DNA of 63,622 nt, the filler included, from Phoronis australis (Eukaryota > Animalia > Phoronida), in NCBI GenBank assembly GCA_002633005.1. It is 9 parts of 9 records of this genome, joined end to end, with 100 filler letters (N's around TTAATTAATTAA, not from the genome) between each part and the next. Parts side by side here need not be neighbours in the genome. Positions count along the whole stretch, not along the records: positions 1 to 9,568 come from NMRA01001439.1; positions 9,669 to 19,785 come from NMRA01001768.1; 7 more parts are not named here. One strand, written 5' to 3'. Of the stretch, positions 1 through 13,205 are shown piece by piece. Both the position numbers and the translations under genes were made by a program. The notes under the pieces are model-generated. The model ran no database searches. It saw only the letters and a program-made list of their open reading frames with translations, and was not told where the DNA came from. Within the stretch, counting starts at the first letter, position 1; every line of letters begins with the position of its first letter.

Positions 1-1102
1 GACAGAAAAGTAACCATGTCACTCGACATATAAACTTTATTGTGTTACAGTGCAACTGTACACAACTGTGCACTTTGTTTTCGTGTTTCGTAAAAGTTAT
101 ACAAAAATGAGCAATGCAATTAAAGCATTGAGCAGCAATTAAATAACAATTTGTCTCAAAAAATATAGACTTGAGGGAAATAAGAAAACAGTACGCATAC
201 AAATCAGATCGAACATGTAGCGTTTTAACGGTCAACAATTTTGTTAAATTCGAGGAAACGCTAGACTCAAATATTAATACGGTCTCTTTTTGAGATAATA
301 TATTAACAAAGTTAATTCGCACATGGAAAAATAGCGTTATTATCCGAAGGAGAATTCGAGGCCAAAAAAATACTCGAGGTGTTCGGAATGGGTCATGTGG
401 TGGCCATATCTTCGCTTCCTCATTTGGGGGTGTCAGAGGTATCGTCAAAATACACTGCCTTCGGGCGTTGTACACGAAGAATCAGGTACGCGACTCCTGA
501 TATGTCGCATGTACGATTGCGCAGACGATAATCATTAAATACACCATTGAATCAGCAGTACACACGTGTCTGCACGTAAGAGTTATGACGGCAGGCCTCA
601 GTAATGGGTTGCAGTGTTCTACACCAAAGCTGAGCTCAAATGCCTGACTGGGGTCACACTACATTTACAACAGGTTTTGGCTGCCGACACACACCCATTT
701 GCGAAATAAGGATAAGCCCTTTCCTCACGTGCTAATCGAGTGTCTGAAAAAAACAAGGGGTTTTCTAGCATTCCCAACACACAAACACTACTCATGATAA
801 CTGAAACTTAATCGGTTAATTCGCATCGGAAAAAATTCCGGCACACAAAAGTATTACCAATCAACAACAAATTTGACAGTTTTCTCCCCAAAATTGACAC
901 TTCCCTGCAAGTGGTATGAAAAATCCGAATACAGATTCAGAATTTCCGCACTCTACAGATTCTAAAATTGTGCTCATAATATGCCCCTTACCAGCTACGT
1001 TTTTTGCAATTTTGATCTGTCTGACAGCCACCTGAAATAGCACCCGGTTTCTCGGACAGCAGGCGTCAGGGATTGAGAGAGAGAGAGAGAGAGAGAAAAC
1101 GC

Positions 1103-1399
1103 TTTTATTTACACTACATAATAATAATACATTAATTAAAATTTCATTTTAATTAGGAGGCCTTCTAAAGGTTAGTGACCGCTAATAAGAAGGTCCCCTG
1201 TACAAGATAAACAAATGGAAATGCAAAAATCAGTAGGAATACTTAAGAAAAAGGTTTTATTTACACTACATAATAATAATACATTGATTAGAATTTGATT
1301 TTAATTAGGAGGCCTTCTAAAGGTTATTGACCGCTAATAAGAAGGTCCCCTGTACAAGATAAACAAATGGAAATGCAAAAATCAGTAGGAATACTTAAG
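1103..1399. repeat. Tandem duplication (152-bp period) of the LINE 3' end
   Basis: 1103-1247 and 1255-1399 are near-identical; each has the hairpin GGAGGCCTTCT...AGAAGGTCCCC and TTTATT (AATAAA on minus). Confidence 0.9.
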
Positions 1400-1485
1400 A
1401 GAACAGTGAATTAGTGCTAAAAACGACCGACACGCCAGGAACCAAGAAGTAAACTGGCACAGCTCAGGAGATTTCGAGAATACAA

Positions 1486-4400
1486 TTAGATACTGTTACA
1501 TATGAAGCAATTGGAAATATGACAAACTGGATCGTAGTTGGTAATAATAAAGTTGGTTAAGAACCTGGAGAATGCTTGCAAAGAATGCGCTTTTATTATA
1601 TTTAGAGCAGAGACTGGTATTTCGTTGTTGTTTATAAGTCGACGAATCTGAAATCTAATACAGGCTCTTGATGACAATTTGTTGGACGGAGGAATTAAAA
1701 TTTTGGGTTGTATTGTCGGTATAGTAGCTGAGTATTAATTCAGGTATGTAGGAGTTTTAATGTGTCTGGTTGGCTTATATTGGATGGGTTTACTAAAGAC
1801 GTTGTTAGTGTAAAAATACTTAGGAAGCTGATTATTGAGGAATTTGTAGTAAAATTTTGCAGTTGAGATTTTAAAGATGTCTTGAACTAGAGGGAGGCGA
1901 AGTTCCTTACATACAGGCAGAGAGTGAGCATTATAACTGGAATTTGATATATTCCTAAGAATTCTTTTCTGGGCTGTCTGAAGTTTCTTAGTGTTGCCAA
2001 AACCCCAAGTTGCTATGCCATAGTTTAAATGTGGAAGGACAAGTGAATTATATATCAACTTGAGAGCTTGAAGAGGAAGATAAGATTTCAATTTGTATAA
2101 GAGTCCACCGAGATTGTTAAGTTTGTTTGAGATGAGGTTATTGTGGGGGACCATGAGAGGTTTTTGTCAACAGTAATACCAAGGAAAGGAAAACTGATCA
2201 CATGATATATTGTTTTGCTATTTATATAAATGGTGGGAATAATACATTTTTCAATTTTCTTTTGGGGGTAGTGGAAGATCATTAATTTACTTTTTGATGT
2301 GTTAANNNNNNNNNNNNNNNNNNNNNNNNNNNNNNNNNNNNNNNNNNNNNNNNNNNNNNNNNNNNNNNNNNNNNNNNNNNNNNNNNNNNNNNNNNNNNNN
2401 NNNNNNNNNNNNNNNNNNNNNNNNNNNNNNNNNNNNNNNNNNNNNNNNNNNNNNNNNNNNNNNNNNNNNNNNNNNNNNNNNNNNNNNNNNNNNNNNNNNN
2501 NNNNNNNNNNNNNNNNNNNNNNNNNNNNNNNNNNNNNNNNNNNNNNNNNNNNNNNNNNNNNNNNNNNNNNNNNNNNNNNNNNNNNNNNNNNNNNNNNNNN
2601 NNNNNNNNNNNNNNNNNNNNNNNNNNNNNNNNNNNNNNNNNNNNNNNNNNNNNNNNNNNNNNNNNNNNNNNNNNNNNNNNNNNNNNNNNNNNNNNNNNNN
2701 NNNNNNNNNNNNNNNNNNNNNNNNNNNNNNNNNNNNNNNNNNNNNNNNNNNNNNNNNNNNNNNNNNNNNNNNNNNNNNNNNNNNNNNNNNNNNNNNNNNN
2801 NNNNNNNNNNNNNNNNNNNNNNNNNNNNNNNNNNNNNNNNNNNNNNNNNNNNNNNNNNNNNNNNNNNNNNNNNNNNNNNNNNNNNNNNNNNNNNNNNNNN
2901 NNNNNNNNNNNNNNNNNNNNNNNNNNACATGTTTATTATTAATTAGTTTGAAAGAGAACTTAAATTTGTTTGGCGTGGGAAGATAGTCTTTGAAATTCTT
3001 GTTTTTATCATAGTTATTGATTCAGAAAGGGATGGGCCGATTTGGGTAAAGTAGGTGTTGAATAAACTTGCCATTTTGGGTAGGTCACTGGTTTTAGTGT
3101 TATCTGAACGTAAGAGACATTCTAGGGTATCATTTTTTGTTCGAACGCCGTTGTTCATAACTGTCTTTATTGTATCCCATGTTTTATTTATGTCAGACTT
3201 CCTTTTTTCGAATGTGTCATAATAGTAAGATTGCTTGGCGGAATCAATAGTTTTTTTTGAGAATCTTGTCGTATACTTTAAGATTGTTGCGGCATGTAGC
3301 ATAGGACTGTGTGTTGCGAGGGGTTGTCTTGGTTTGTTTGTACAGTTTACCTCGGTAACGAATGGAAATTAAAATACCAGGTGTAATCCACGAGTTAAGC
3401 GAGTGTTTGTGTTTATTATATCCAACATTTTTGGACAAAAGTGTTTTTTCGTGAGATATGTCAAAGTATCACTGAGTATTGCGTAGTTGTGATTGGGGTC
3501 ACAATCTAGGCTGCGGTCTAGCTTTTCCATGATATTGCAGTTCCGTAAGCTATTGAGAAAGTGAGTTTTTGTTTGCGGTGTGTAAGAATATTTTGAGACG
3601 AAAGTAGGGCGTTTAGGGTGGATTTTCTTTATCGATTTTGAAGCAATGAAGATAGGACAGTGGTCTGAAATCGAAGAGCGAATACCAGAGTGTGTATGTA
3701 TGTGACCGTATGATGTTGATGTAAAGAAGTTATCTATTAAAGTTTCTGATTTGGGGCTAAGACGTGTAGGGTATGTAATTGAAGGTCTTAAATTGTGATT
3801 TGTCATAAAATCCAGGAATGTTTGAACTTTATTATTTGTTTGTGTCTCTAGAAGATTTAAGTTACAATCTCCATCTAAAATCAGTGTTTTACGCTGATTT
3901 TGAAGGTTTTCGATGATGGGACAGAACTCTTCAATAAACACGTCAAAGGTTCTAACGAAAGAAGTCGGCGGTCTGTAAAAGTTACTGACGCAGATGCTTT
4001 TGTTGTTAATAGAGATAAAAGTGAGTAGAATAAGTAGCAAGAACTTGAATTTTTTTGACATGAAGATTATTTTTTACGTTAGTGATAAGGCCACCGTGTG
4101 TTGAACATAAGCTAGATGCAGGTTTGGAGTACATGTTGTAACCGTCAATTTGAAAGACTGAAAGGCAGCTGGTCGTGGTTAACCATGATTCTTGTATTAA
4201 GATAATGTCGAAAAATAATTCGTTAGAGTGAATGTTGTGCAGGAATGATTCAAATTGAGTGAATTTTGCGTTAAGTGATTGAATGTTAATACTTAACACG
4301 GTAAGACTTGATTTATTTAGTTCAAGAAAGTTTTTAACTCCTTCTGTATCAAAAAATGGGATTTGGTAATTGGAGCCTCGGTGCAACATTCAAGGGACTT

Positions 4401-4502
4401 ATATAAGAGACAGAAGTCTAGTGCATTCTCACCTCCATAACTAGACAATAGAGGAGCAGGATCAAGCGCTGCACCAGCAGAAAACTGGCTTACGTTGGCC
4501 AT
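1486..4502 (-). pseudogene. LINE ORF2 (APE endonuclease + reverse transcriptase), frameshifted; RT core falls in N gap 2306-2926
   Basis: APE motifs NIQSL, IQESW, YRPP, GDCN, TLIDNFF, SDHCPIF; post-endonuclease SWITPGI; post-RT FLGITVDKNLSW and HLNYGIATWG...LQTAQKR; terminal CHISNCFIC. Split over at least 7 ORF fragments. Confidence 0.92.
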
Positions 4503-5693
4503 AAATCGATATTTACATGTGTTATTCTTTGATTGGTCCTAGGATATCGGTCGTCATATAAGTTCATCGAAATAGCGCACATGAAAAAATTCACAAGGGG
4601 TGGGTAAGGTAAAACGGATAAAAAGTTTAAACAAACTAAAACAGGCAAGATAGATACTGAGATACATACATGTACATGAAGCATTAGACATTTGGAAACT
4701 TTAACATATAAAATTACAAGTCAAATCTATGCATATATATATAAATAGTAAACACTATTTGGATTAACTATTCAGTGATAGATAATTATCTTGAGTAGCT
4801 TCAGGCAGTTGACGGTAGCGACCCCAGGTGGTCTACAGTGTACATGTGTAATATTGATGAACTGACCTGATGATGCGGTGAGGGTGTATCTCCATACACA
4901 GAGAGCGGGATTCAGTTTAGCATTATACCCCGTGCTGGGTGTACACAAGTTAGTCTTGTGACTGAACTTAGTGTTACATGAGACCATCCTGAATGAATAG
5001 AATCTAGCTTGTGACCCAGGTCGCCATACATGTAGGAGTCCTGCAGTCAGTTTGCCAGAAATAGTTTCAACACTGTGCGTGCTGAGACAATAGGTAATGA
5101 AAGTCGAAAACACAATCGGGATGTCGGTATATCGTTCGTGTAAGGTTTCCAGACTCGGCTGACCAAGCGCACCACAGGTGCCCAGTAATCATTAGCCGTA
5201 CTAACTTACGTTTACGAACACTTGATAGGCCTACGAACATGGCCGTTCAGGCCTAACGAGGAAAAGTCAGCAAGGAGCCAGGTTCAGAGAATTACCATTT
5301 TACGTCACTGAGTTAAAAGTGAGTTACTGGCATAGCGTGTACACTTCAGGGTTATGTTTCGTAAGAGATACGAAAACACTGAGGATTGGTCAAACTCAAT
5401 GAAGATAATGAACATATTGTCGTGGAAGTAAACATCAGAGACTAGTGCTGTTGGAATATAAACCACCGGGGGTGCTCATAGAATAACAGTCAATCAACGG
5501 TAAAAGTGAAGCATAACTGGTTTACTAAACTGACAGGCTGGTGGAATAAATTTTGAGCAGCAAGACATTATAATGTATCTGATACTTAACATACACTGTA
5601 TTGGCATGATATGAGTCCAGCTTAAAGAAACATACAAGTGCAACTTGCTCAAGCTGTCAGAAATGACAGTACATAATTACTAGGTAATTATGT

Positions 5694-6065
5694 TTAACTT
5701 ACAATGACACTGTGAGAAATGTCCTGCACTGGATCTATGATTTGCGGGATGTCAGCTTCAGTGACTACGTGCACTATTCGCTTGTCGTTCATTTTCAGGA
5801 ATATTTCGCCATCAGTAGTCCAAGTTTTCTCGCAAGGGCTGTTTCTATCATTATACATTTGGCGGCATTTGTAGAACAAGGCTGATCGTCGTTTAGTTAG
5901 ACTTTCACTGATGAAGATCTTGTCACCGGCCAGAACATTGCGTTTTTTGATAAAAGTTACACGATCGGTATAAGAAATGAATTTGTAGATAAGGTTTCTG
6001 GTTTTATTTGCTGATGGTTTACCTGATCTGTGGGCTCTGCTTATGTCTTTGCGTGTTAAGTTGAA
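5694..6065 (-). pseudogene. LINE ORF1 C-terminal part (L1-type RRM/CTD-like)
   Basis: Manual translation DISRAHRSGK...RNLIYKFISYTDR...KIFISESLTKRRSALFYKCRQ...KTWTTDGEIFLK matches the RAHR / I.E.LT / WT.DG.I pattern of L1-type ORF1p. Confidence 0.85.
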
Positions 6066-6169
6066 TCACGTTGACAACTATTGAAAAACGTCAAATGTAT
6101 CAGGAAACAAATCATCTGAAAACAGTTTCACAAAACCAAAACATTCTGTACACCATGGCGAAAAGATAT

Positions 6170-6452
6170 ACAGGACTAGTTCGCAGAGGGACGAGATGTT
6201 CACTGAGAGTACACAAAAAGGTGGCCTGGTCCGTCACGAGACCAAAAGTACACCTGTGCTTATTATCCCTATAAAATTAGTCGGTCTGTCGGCGGAACCG
6301 AACAGTACTGGTTGAGATAAATAGTTTTACAAAGCACTTTTTGGTAAAAAACATCACAAGACTAGTTCGCCGAGGGACCAGAAATGTACTGAAACTCAAT
6401 ATCTACACGAATCAAGCTGACCTCGTCCGTCGCGAGACCTAAAGTGTACTAT
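6170..6452. repeat. Two imperfect direct repeats (~186-bp spacing), probable LINE 5' UTR monomers
   Basis: ACTAGTTCGC(A/C)GAGGGAC...GTCCGTC(A/G)CGAGACC(A/T)AAAGT at ~6175 and ~6361. Confidence 0.55.
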
Positions 6453-9400
6453 GCAAAAAAAAATTGAATTAACTTTTTAATCCCCAGTGGTTGCTCATAC
6501 GTGTATTTTACACATCTGGTCGTCAACTGCTGCGAGAGGTTGTCAAGGAAGGGTTTTCGCACCGTTCTGTAGTACTCACTGGAACAAACAAGTATTAAGT
6601 ACTAGTCCACGAGAGCACCAACCATGAGCGGCAAGGTGGGGGTCAGCCGATTTTCACCAAATTTGGCACATAGGTAGTCCTATGGGATCTATACACAGCG
6701 GTAAAATATTTCCTCAAAATATTTTTTTTTTCTAAAGTTAAAGGTTCAAACACATTTTACGGTTTCGCAGCCATGTTTTCACGGTATAAAAACTGTCCAG
6801 TTCTAACTGTTCATATTTTTCCTTGAATGAAAGCTATTGATTTATTATTCACTTGACATTGTTTAGTGGTGCCTATAGATTGTTACACAGATGTCTTGAA
6901 ACACGATTCCGATTTATCACCCTCATTTAGTAGTTTTACTACACTGCCCCCCGTTATGCCAGTTTGAGGTTGTGTTCAGTACACTGCTGTACCAAATCTG
7001 CCCTCACTGTTATGAGAATGAAACTTAGCCAAAATGCTGACAAAACATGTTAATTTCATTGCATAAAATAAAAACTTTGTCAGCCAGTTTATTAGTTATA
7101 CATTTTGGCACCTCAAATGTACTAAAATGAGAAATTTTCATGTATCTGAGATCGATGCGTGAGCACCGTAAAATCCGATTGACCTTCATATTTTTCGATA
7201 TTTTCCAACAAGTTAGTTCCTCCTGAATGTTTTGAACGTTTTACTACTTATCACTTTGGGCTATAGTACCCCTAAATACCATACATGGCTCCATTATGTA
7301 AAAAGCCGATTGTGTCCTCCACAGTGAACAGGGTTAGACATGAACTCGACAAAGGTTATTTTGATTTACAGTTGTTTTACTTTGCAATTTCCTCATGGGT
7401 ATTTCTTCACACATATTCAAGTCAGATTTTCTGTTGATCAAATGTTCATGCAATGCATTGTATCATCAAATGAATGATAAGTTTGGTGGCATGACCGCAG
7501 TTTTTCCCACGACTTAAAACAAAAGACCGCAGAAATTTTCCTGACGAAATACCGGGTTTGCAGTTCTCTAAAAACATTCGAATGACAAGACAAACTCCGC
7601 CACTGTCTGTGGCAACTCGTCGCATGTTTTTCGCCCATCGGTCCTATCATTGTTTTCCTTTGTTGTGTCATTGTTGGATATAACAACACAGGTCGCATGG
7701 ATATAGAACCTTGCGTACATCAGACCGTTGCCAATAAGTGCTCGTCATTATACCTTTATTATAACAATGAAGACGCTAATCTATTGTTCTCTATGCGACC
7801 AGGTTTCCCGTGGATGACCACAGAAGAGGAATCCTAAAGTATCCACAAACAATGACGCACCTTAGTAACTATTACCGCGCACACGAATCCTTCCGTGGAA
7901 CCTAAACACCAAATTTTTGTATCCGTGTGTTGTGTTGTATTGCTCATGGCACGGGTTCAGACTCTGTTGTATTAAGATTCCAATCCCCAACCCTGTAATC
8001 TGTAGTTTGAGTAAAATTTCAAGACAATGCAGGTTTATGGATTTATTCTCCTTTAAATGAAGAGTAAAAATCAAAATCTGCACAGGTTCTTTAAAAGTAA
8101 TCACTTATTGGAAGATCACACATCTAAAAAATAAAACAATGTTTGACAACTTTATTCATTATCTTATTTGAAATTTGCCTACCTCACAGACAACTCATCT
8201 AAGTTTTGGTAATACAATGCAACGATAACTGTACAGTCAAAAGTGCAAATATTATGACTCTAATAAAAAATTGCCTTCTAGATCTTTTCAACACTCTAAT
8301 TGCTACAGGACAGAGTCAACCACACAAAGCCCATAAAGTCAGGGAATTACATTTAAGGTGATGTAGTCTAACTGCGAAAAAGTGATTTCGCAATATCGCT
8401 GACAACACTGGAAATCTCTTCTTCACAAACTTGAGGTAGCCGTATTTACCACATCAATGTTCTTGTCAAAACTAACCACCACAAAATGAAAAATTGGCTT
8501 GTCGGTTCCAATTAGGCAGCATTTTACAATGAAATGGTAATGAAAAAATACTTTTGCAACATGGTTTGCGTTACAATTGCCCTACGATTACAGTTGTACA
8601 TACATACTAGACCAGTAATAAAATTACCCATGGGAACCATAAAATGGTCAATTCGCCAAAAAACAAGGAGCCACCAGAGCTAATGTGCCAATACTTTTCA
8701 GTACTGCAACAAAAAATCATTTGAAGTGGACATAAACTCGCCTAAAATCACATAAAACAACTTTTGATTAAGACATTTTACCATCACGAAATAGGTATTA
8801 CTTCCAGGTCACTTTTGAGCAATTTCAGAACTTCTAAAGATCTGGCAATATGCAATTGCTAGAGACCAGACTAATAGTGTGTGATTTTATACACACAGCA
8901 TGGTCTCAAGGAATAGCAAACTGTCAATTCGCTACAATTCCAGAAATCACTACCCATCTGGATAAGGAACAAACTGAGCAAAGTTTATAGAGGTAAATGG
9001 TCTAAATCAAAACTTATTACCTCCTGGACAGATTATGGGTTTAAAACCCAGGTAGAAAGATAAGTTAACAAAACCAGCCTTACTGCAACAGGGTCTCAAA
9101 TTTCAGTAACATATACCCATTTACAAACAAAAATCTATAATAGTAAATAAAATGCGGAAACATAAATTCAGATCAATTATGCATCTTCAAGGAAAAGGAA
9201 CAGTACAGTGGTCAGAAATCATCTAAATGTGATGGCCATACTGAGAAATCCTGTCAGACCAAAAAATCCAGTGGCTAAACAAAATGAACAATGTACCATT
9301 ACCATGTGACCTAGGATCATGATCCGTGCCTGGAGAAAAATTCAGTCTTAGACTAGGTAAATTTTAGATTTGTGCTGTTCACACAAGCAGTTCTGGTGCA

Positions 9401-9568
9401 AACAAAGCTTGCGACAACACACAAGCCTACTTCCCTACACAGCTGTGCTGATACAATAATGCCCCCACTGGATTTAGCAGATCAGCCAGAGTATTTACAG
9501 GTCCAGCCACTGTACTGTTTCCTCCCTTTGAATTTTTACAATGCTACATCCTTGACAATCGCAGATTG

Positions 9569-9668
9569 NNNNNNNNNNNNNNNNNNNNNNNNNNNNNNNN
9601 NNNNNNNNNNNNTTAATTAATTAANNNNNNNNNNNNNNNNNNNNNNNNNNNNNNNNNNNNNNNNNNNN
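9569..9668. other. Artificial contig-joining spacer (44N-TTAATTAATTAA-44N); also 19786-19885, 25375-25474, 28391-28490, 48331-48430, 54403-54502, 57260-57359, 60290-60389
   Basis: Identical 100-bp construct occurs eight times; TTAATTAATTAA puts stops in all six frames. Confidence 0.95.
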
Positions 9669-10285
9669 ACAAGAGAATAATGATTTAATTTGGTTACACG
9701 CTCTGACATTGGAGTAAGCCGAAACGGTCACAAATAATATTATATGTTTAACGTCCCGGGTTCTTATGATAGGTTTGCTATTACCGCATCACTCATAGTT
9801 GTTTAATTTGTAAACACACACTTTCTATTGGCATGCGCAGAGCAATTACATAAGGAACAGTCATTTTATTTTGGAGTACATGTAAAATCATGTTTATTTT
9901 CGTAAGTTTGGATGCCGGAAATCCGACAAGCAACGAGTGCTGTCGGTTACTGAAGGTTGTTACACGTTAAAATGCGTTTCGTCAATTAAAGCCAAACCAG
10001 GACATCTTTTAAGTTCTACTGTGTGCTACGTCATTGGGTCAAAAATGGCGAACATCAATGTAAGATCATAATAGTTCAAAATTAAAAAAACTATGAGCTC
10101 CATTCTCACAACAGTATAACAGAAAACGAGAATCGTTCACTAATTTGATTCCGATCCGTTTCTTTTTTCTGATAAATAATGATTTTTGGATCACAAAAGC
10201 AGAACAAAGATCACAAATTTATATGTGCGCTGAAAATAAAGTCATTCTTTGCAATGGGGCTGTTCAACAATCTTTACAGTCCTCC

Positions 10286-11508
10286 TACTCACACTGACTA
10301 GCTCCCTTCATCCCAAGCCTACCTGACTCAGTGACTCTAGTCACCCCCCCACTCACACCGACTGGGTCCCTTCATCCCAAGCCTACCTGACTCAGTGACT
10401 CTAGTCACCCCCCCACTCACACCGACTGGGTCCCTTCATCCCAAGCCTACCTGACTCAGTGACTCTAGTCACCCCCCCACTCACACCGACTGGGTCCCTT
10501 CATCCCAAGCCTACCTGACTCAGTGACTCTAGTCACCCCCCCACTCACACCGACTGGGTCCCTTCATCCCAAGCCTACCTGACTCAGTGACTCTAGTCAC
10601 CCCCCCACTCACACCGACTGGGTCCCTTCATCCCAAGCCTACCTGACTCAGTGACTCTAGTCACCCCCCCACTCACACCGACTGGGTCCCTTCATCCCAA
10701 GCCTACCTGACTCAGTGACTCTAGTCACCCCCCCACTCACACCGACTGGGTCCCTTCATCCCAAGCCTACCTGACTCAGTGACTCTAGTCACCCCCCCAC
10801 TCACACCGACTGGGTCCCTTCATCCCAAGCCTACCTGACTCAGTGACTCTAGTCACCCCCCCACTCACACCGACTGGGTCCCTTCATCCCAAGCCTACCT
10901 GACTCAGTGACTCTAGTCACCCCCCCACTCACACCGACTGGGTCCCTTCATCCCAAGCCTACCTGACTCAGTGACTCTAGTCACCCCCCCACTCACACCG
11001 ACTGGGTCCCTTCATCCCAAGCCTACCTGACTCAGTGACTCTAGTCACCCCCCCACTCACACCGACTGGGTCCCTTCATCCCAAGCCTACCTGACTCAGT
11101 GACTCTAGTCACCCCCCCACTCACACCGACTGGGTCCCTTCATCCCAAGCCTACCTGACTCAGTGACTCTAGTCACCCCCCCACTCACACCGACTGGGTC
11201 CCTTCATCCCAAGCCTACCTGACTCAGTGACTCTAGTCACCCCCCCACTCACACCGACTGGGTCCCTTCATCCCAAGCCTACCTGACTCAGTGACTCTAG
11301 TCACCCCCCCACTCACACCGACTGGGTCCCTTCATCCCAAGCCTACCTGACTCAGTGACTCTAGTCACCCCCCCACTCACACCGACTGGGTCCCTTCATC
11401 CCAAGCCTACCTGACTCAGTGACTCTAGTCACCCCCCCACTCACACCGACTGGGTCCCTTCATCCCAAGCCTACCTGACTCAGTGACTCTAGTCACCCCC
11501 CCACTCAC
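10286..11508. repeat. 64-bp minisatellite, ~19 near-identical copies
   Basis: Unit GACTGGGTCCCTTCATCCCAAGCCTACCTGACTCAGTGACTCTAGTCACCCCCCCACTCACACC; register 10381, 10445 ... 10701. Confidence 0.97.
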
Positions 11509-11509
11509 N

Positions 11510-11660
11510 GTAGCGACTTTTGAATAAATGAGTGTTACCTTTTGGCTAAGTAACTCAAAAAAGGGAACTAGGCAGATTGTAGCGACTTTTGAATAAATGA
11601 GTGTCACCTTTTAGCTAAGTAACTCAAAAAAAGGGAACTAGGCAGATTGTAACGACTCTT
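11510..11660. repeat. ~70-bp tandem repeat, two copies plus a partial
   Basis: GTAGCGACTTTTGAATAAATGAGTGT...GGGAACTAGGCAGATT repeated directly after the single-n join. Confidence 0.85.
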
Positions 11661-12054
11661 TAAGCATCTGACACAGACGCACATTGACAATTAAAAGTCG
11701 TCTGCTCACGATTTGGGTTTTGCCACCTGCTTGGCCGCCTATATATTTTACAGCACAATTAACTGGTGAGTTGTCGTGATGGTACGAGTAGATTTACAAG
11801 CAATAGTCGGATATACTGGGCCCACATTATGAGAACCAGTTTAAAGCCAGCTATTCGGTGGAGAGAACTGGTTCTCAAACTGCAGGTACGTTATATCCGA
11901 CCATTACCGGTTTATCGGCCATGTACGCAACTTACCAAAACATAATTTAACAATCAGGTTAAAACTCTTACAAAGTACATCAGAAAAAAATCTCATTTGA
12001 AAAAACTTAATATTTAGTGCGCTGAAAGCGGGAAGTAATTGCAAAGAAACAAAC

Positions 12055-12146
12055 CGTGGTTTGATTTCCTTTATCTTGGCCGTAGGAACGTTTTCGAACT
12101 TCAAGTAAATACACCCTTCTGAGTTCTCAATGATGGAATAGCGAAC
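12055..12146 (-). CDS. C05D11.1-like M16 peptidase exon (last visible; gene incomplete at both ends)
   Basis: VRYSIIENSEGCIYLKFENVPTAKIKEIKP + CG; 92 nt, AG/GT. Confidence 0.82.
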
Positions 12147-13094
12147 CTGTTAATGTTAAGGTAAAGACTTAAATAAAGCACAGGAACAAGAATTGAGAAA
12201 CTAAATAGATAGAGTTCCTTTGCATCAGTGCACAGCGGAAGTAATTCGAAATATAATTTCTATAAACTTGGCTCATATCACGACTTTTACTTAAACATTC
12301 AGATTTCGAGGAACTTTGCCTTTGTACAGAAGGGCCATAAAACTATTCAAATTTTGTCAGTTACACAATACTCAAAACCATGTTCTGGTTTTAAAAAACA
12401 TCAGCTTTCACTGCAAAAATTTATTCTTCAAAACCAATCAGATACGGACCTCATCCTCCTTTTCGAACCTCCTGCTGTTCTCCCGGCAGTGATACTGCCT
12501 TAGCACCGAACATCAACCAGCCACGACAACCAACTTATTTGCTCTGATCAATTCTTTTCAGAACTAAAATTCAGTTCTAATCTAAGAAAGCAACACAGTG
12601 AGACCGATGTTATAACTGTTAATAATAAAAGACCAAAATTAGAAATTTCCTTGTCAAATCAAAAAGTTTGGTTTTGAGGCAAGACGCTGTTTGGCAAGAC
12701 TCTTGGACTTTTGGCATCATGAACCATAAAGGTATTTGTTTGTTATGAGATAATGTAATATACATTAAATGCAATAAAACATGAAGTCACTGAGATTTGA
12801 AGCAGAAAAGTTATACAAAAATGGAATAATCTAGACGTGTCACAAAAAGCTTGAATCTTGCTTTGTTGAAGACTAGCTTATTTCAATATTGTCTAAATCT
12901 TTGTGAAAATCCCACAAAACGATAACAAAACCACACTTCTTGAAATTTTGAAGTCAATGTTTTCCACAACTATCAATGATATGTAACAAGAGAAATTTTT
13001 CTTTAATTTTTTCCCGAAAAAATGTCTACGTATGGAATTAAGCAAAACTTCCACATTCGTCAAATGACTGACAACTAACAACTTAAAAGGCTAC

Positions 13095-13205
13095 CTTGCT
13101 GCAATAAGGGTCTTCCCGCTCGACAAAGTCCCTCTGTAGAGGTGAGATTGACGTGTCCGTCAGGTACTCCAGTAGAATAAGAACAGCAGAGAATCGGAGT
13201 TGCTC
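13095..13205 (-). CDS. C05D11.1-like M16 peptidase exon
   Basis: EQLRFSAVLILLEYLTDTSISPLQRDFVEREDPYCSK; 111 nt, AG/GT, in phase. Confidence 0.88.

Larger units (their letters stand above)
1075..6460 (-). mobile_element. Degenerate non-LTR retrotransposon (CR1 group; L2/Crack/Daphne-like), near full length
   Basis: Minus-strand order: putative 5' UTR (~6160-6460), ORF1 remnant (5694-6065), ~1.2 kb spacer, frameshifted ORF2 (1486-4502), 3' stem-loop, AATAAA and a (TC)n tail at 1075-1096. The 5' boundary is approximate and no TSD was found. Confidence 0.88.

Noticed and set aside
4860-5300. Hammerhead or HDV ribozyme in the LINE spacer
   Set aside because: CTGATGA at ~4867 lacks a correctly placed stem II and GAAA; no complete HDV double pseudoknot could be drawn by eye.
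9495-9568. Possible terminal exon on minus (ICDCQGCSIVKIQREETVQWLDL*)
   Set aside because: Only 23 codons at a contig edge and no recognisable family.
10286-11508. CRISPR-like array
   Set aside because: Units are head-to-tail with no unique spacers, there are no cas genes, and the context is eukaryotic.
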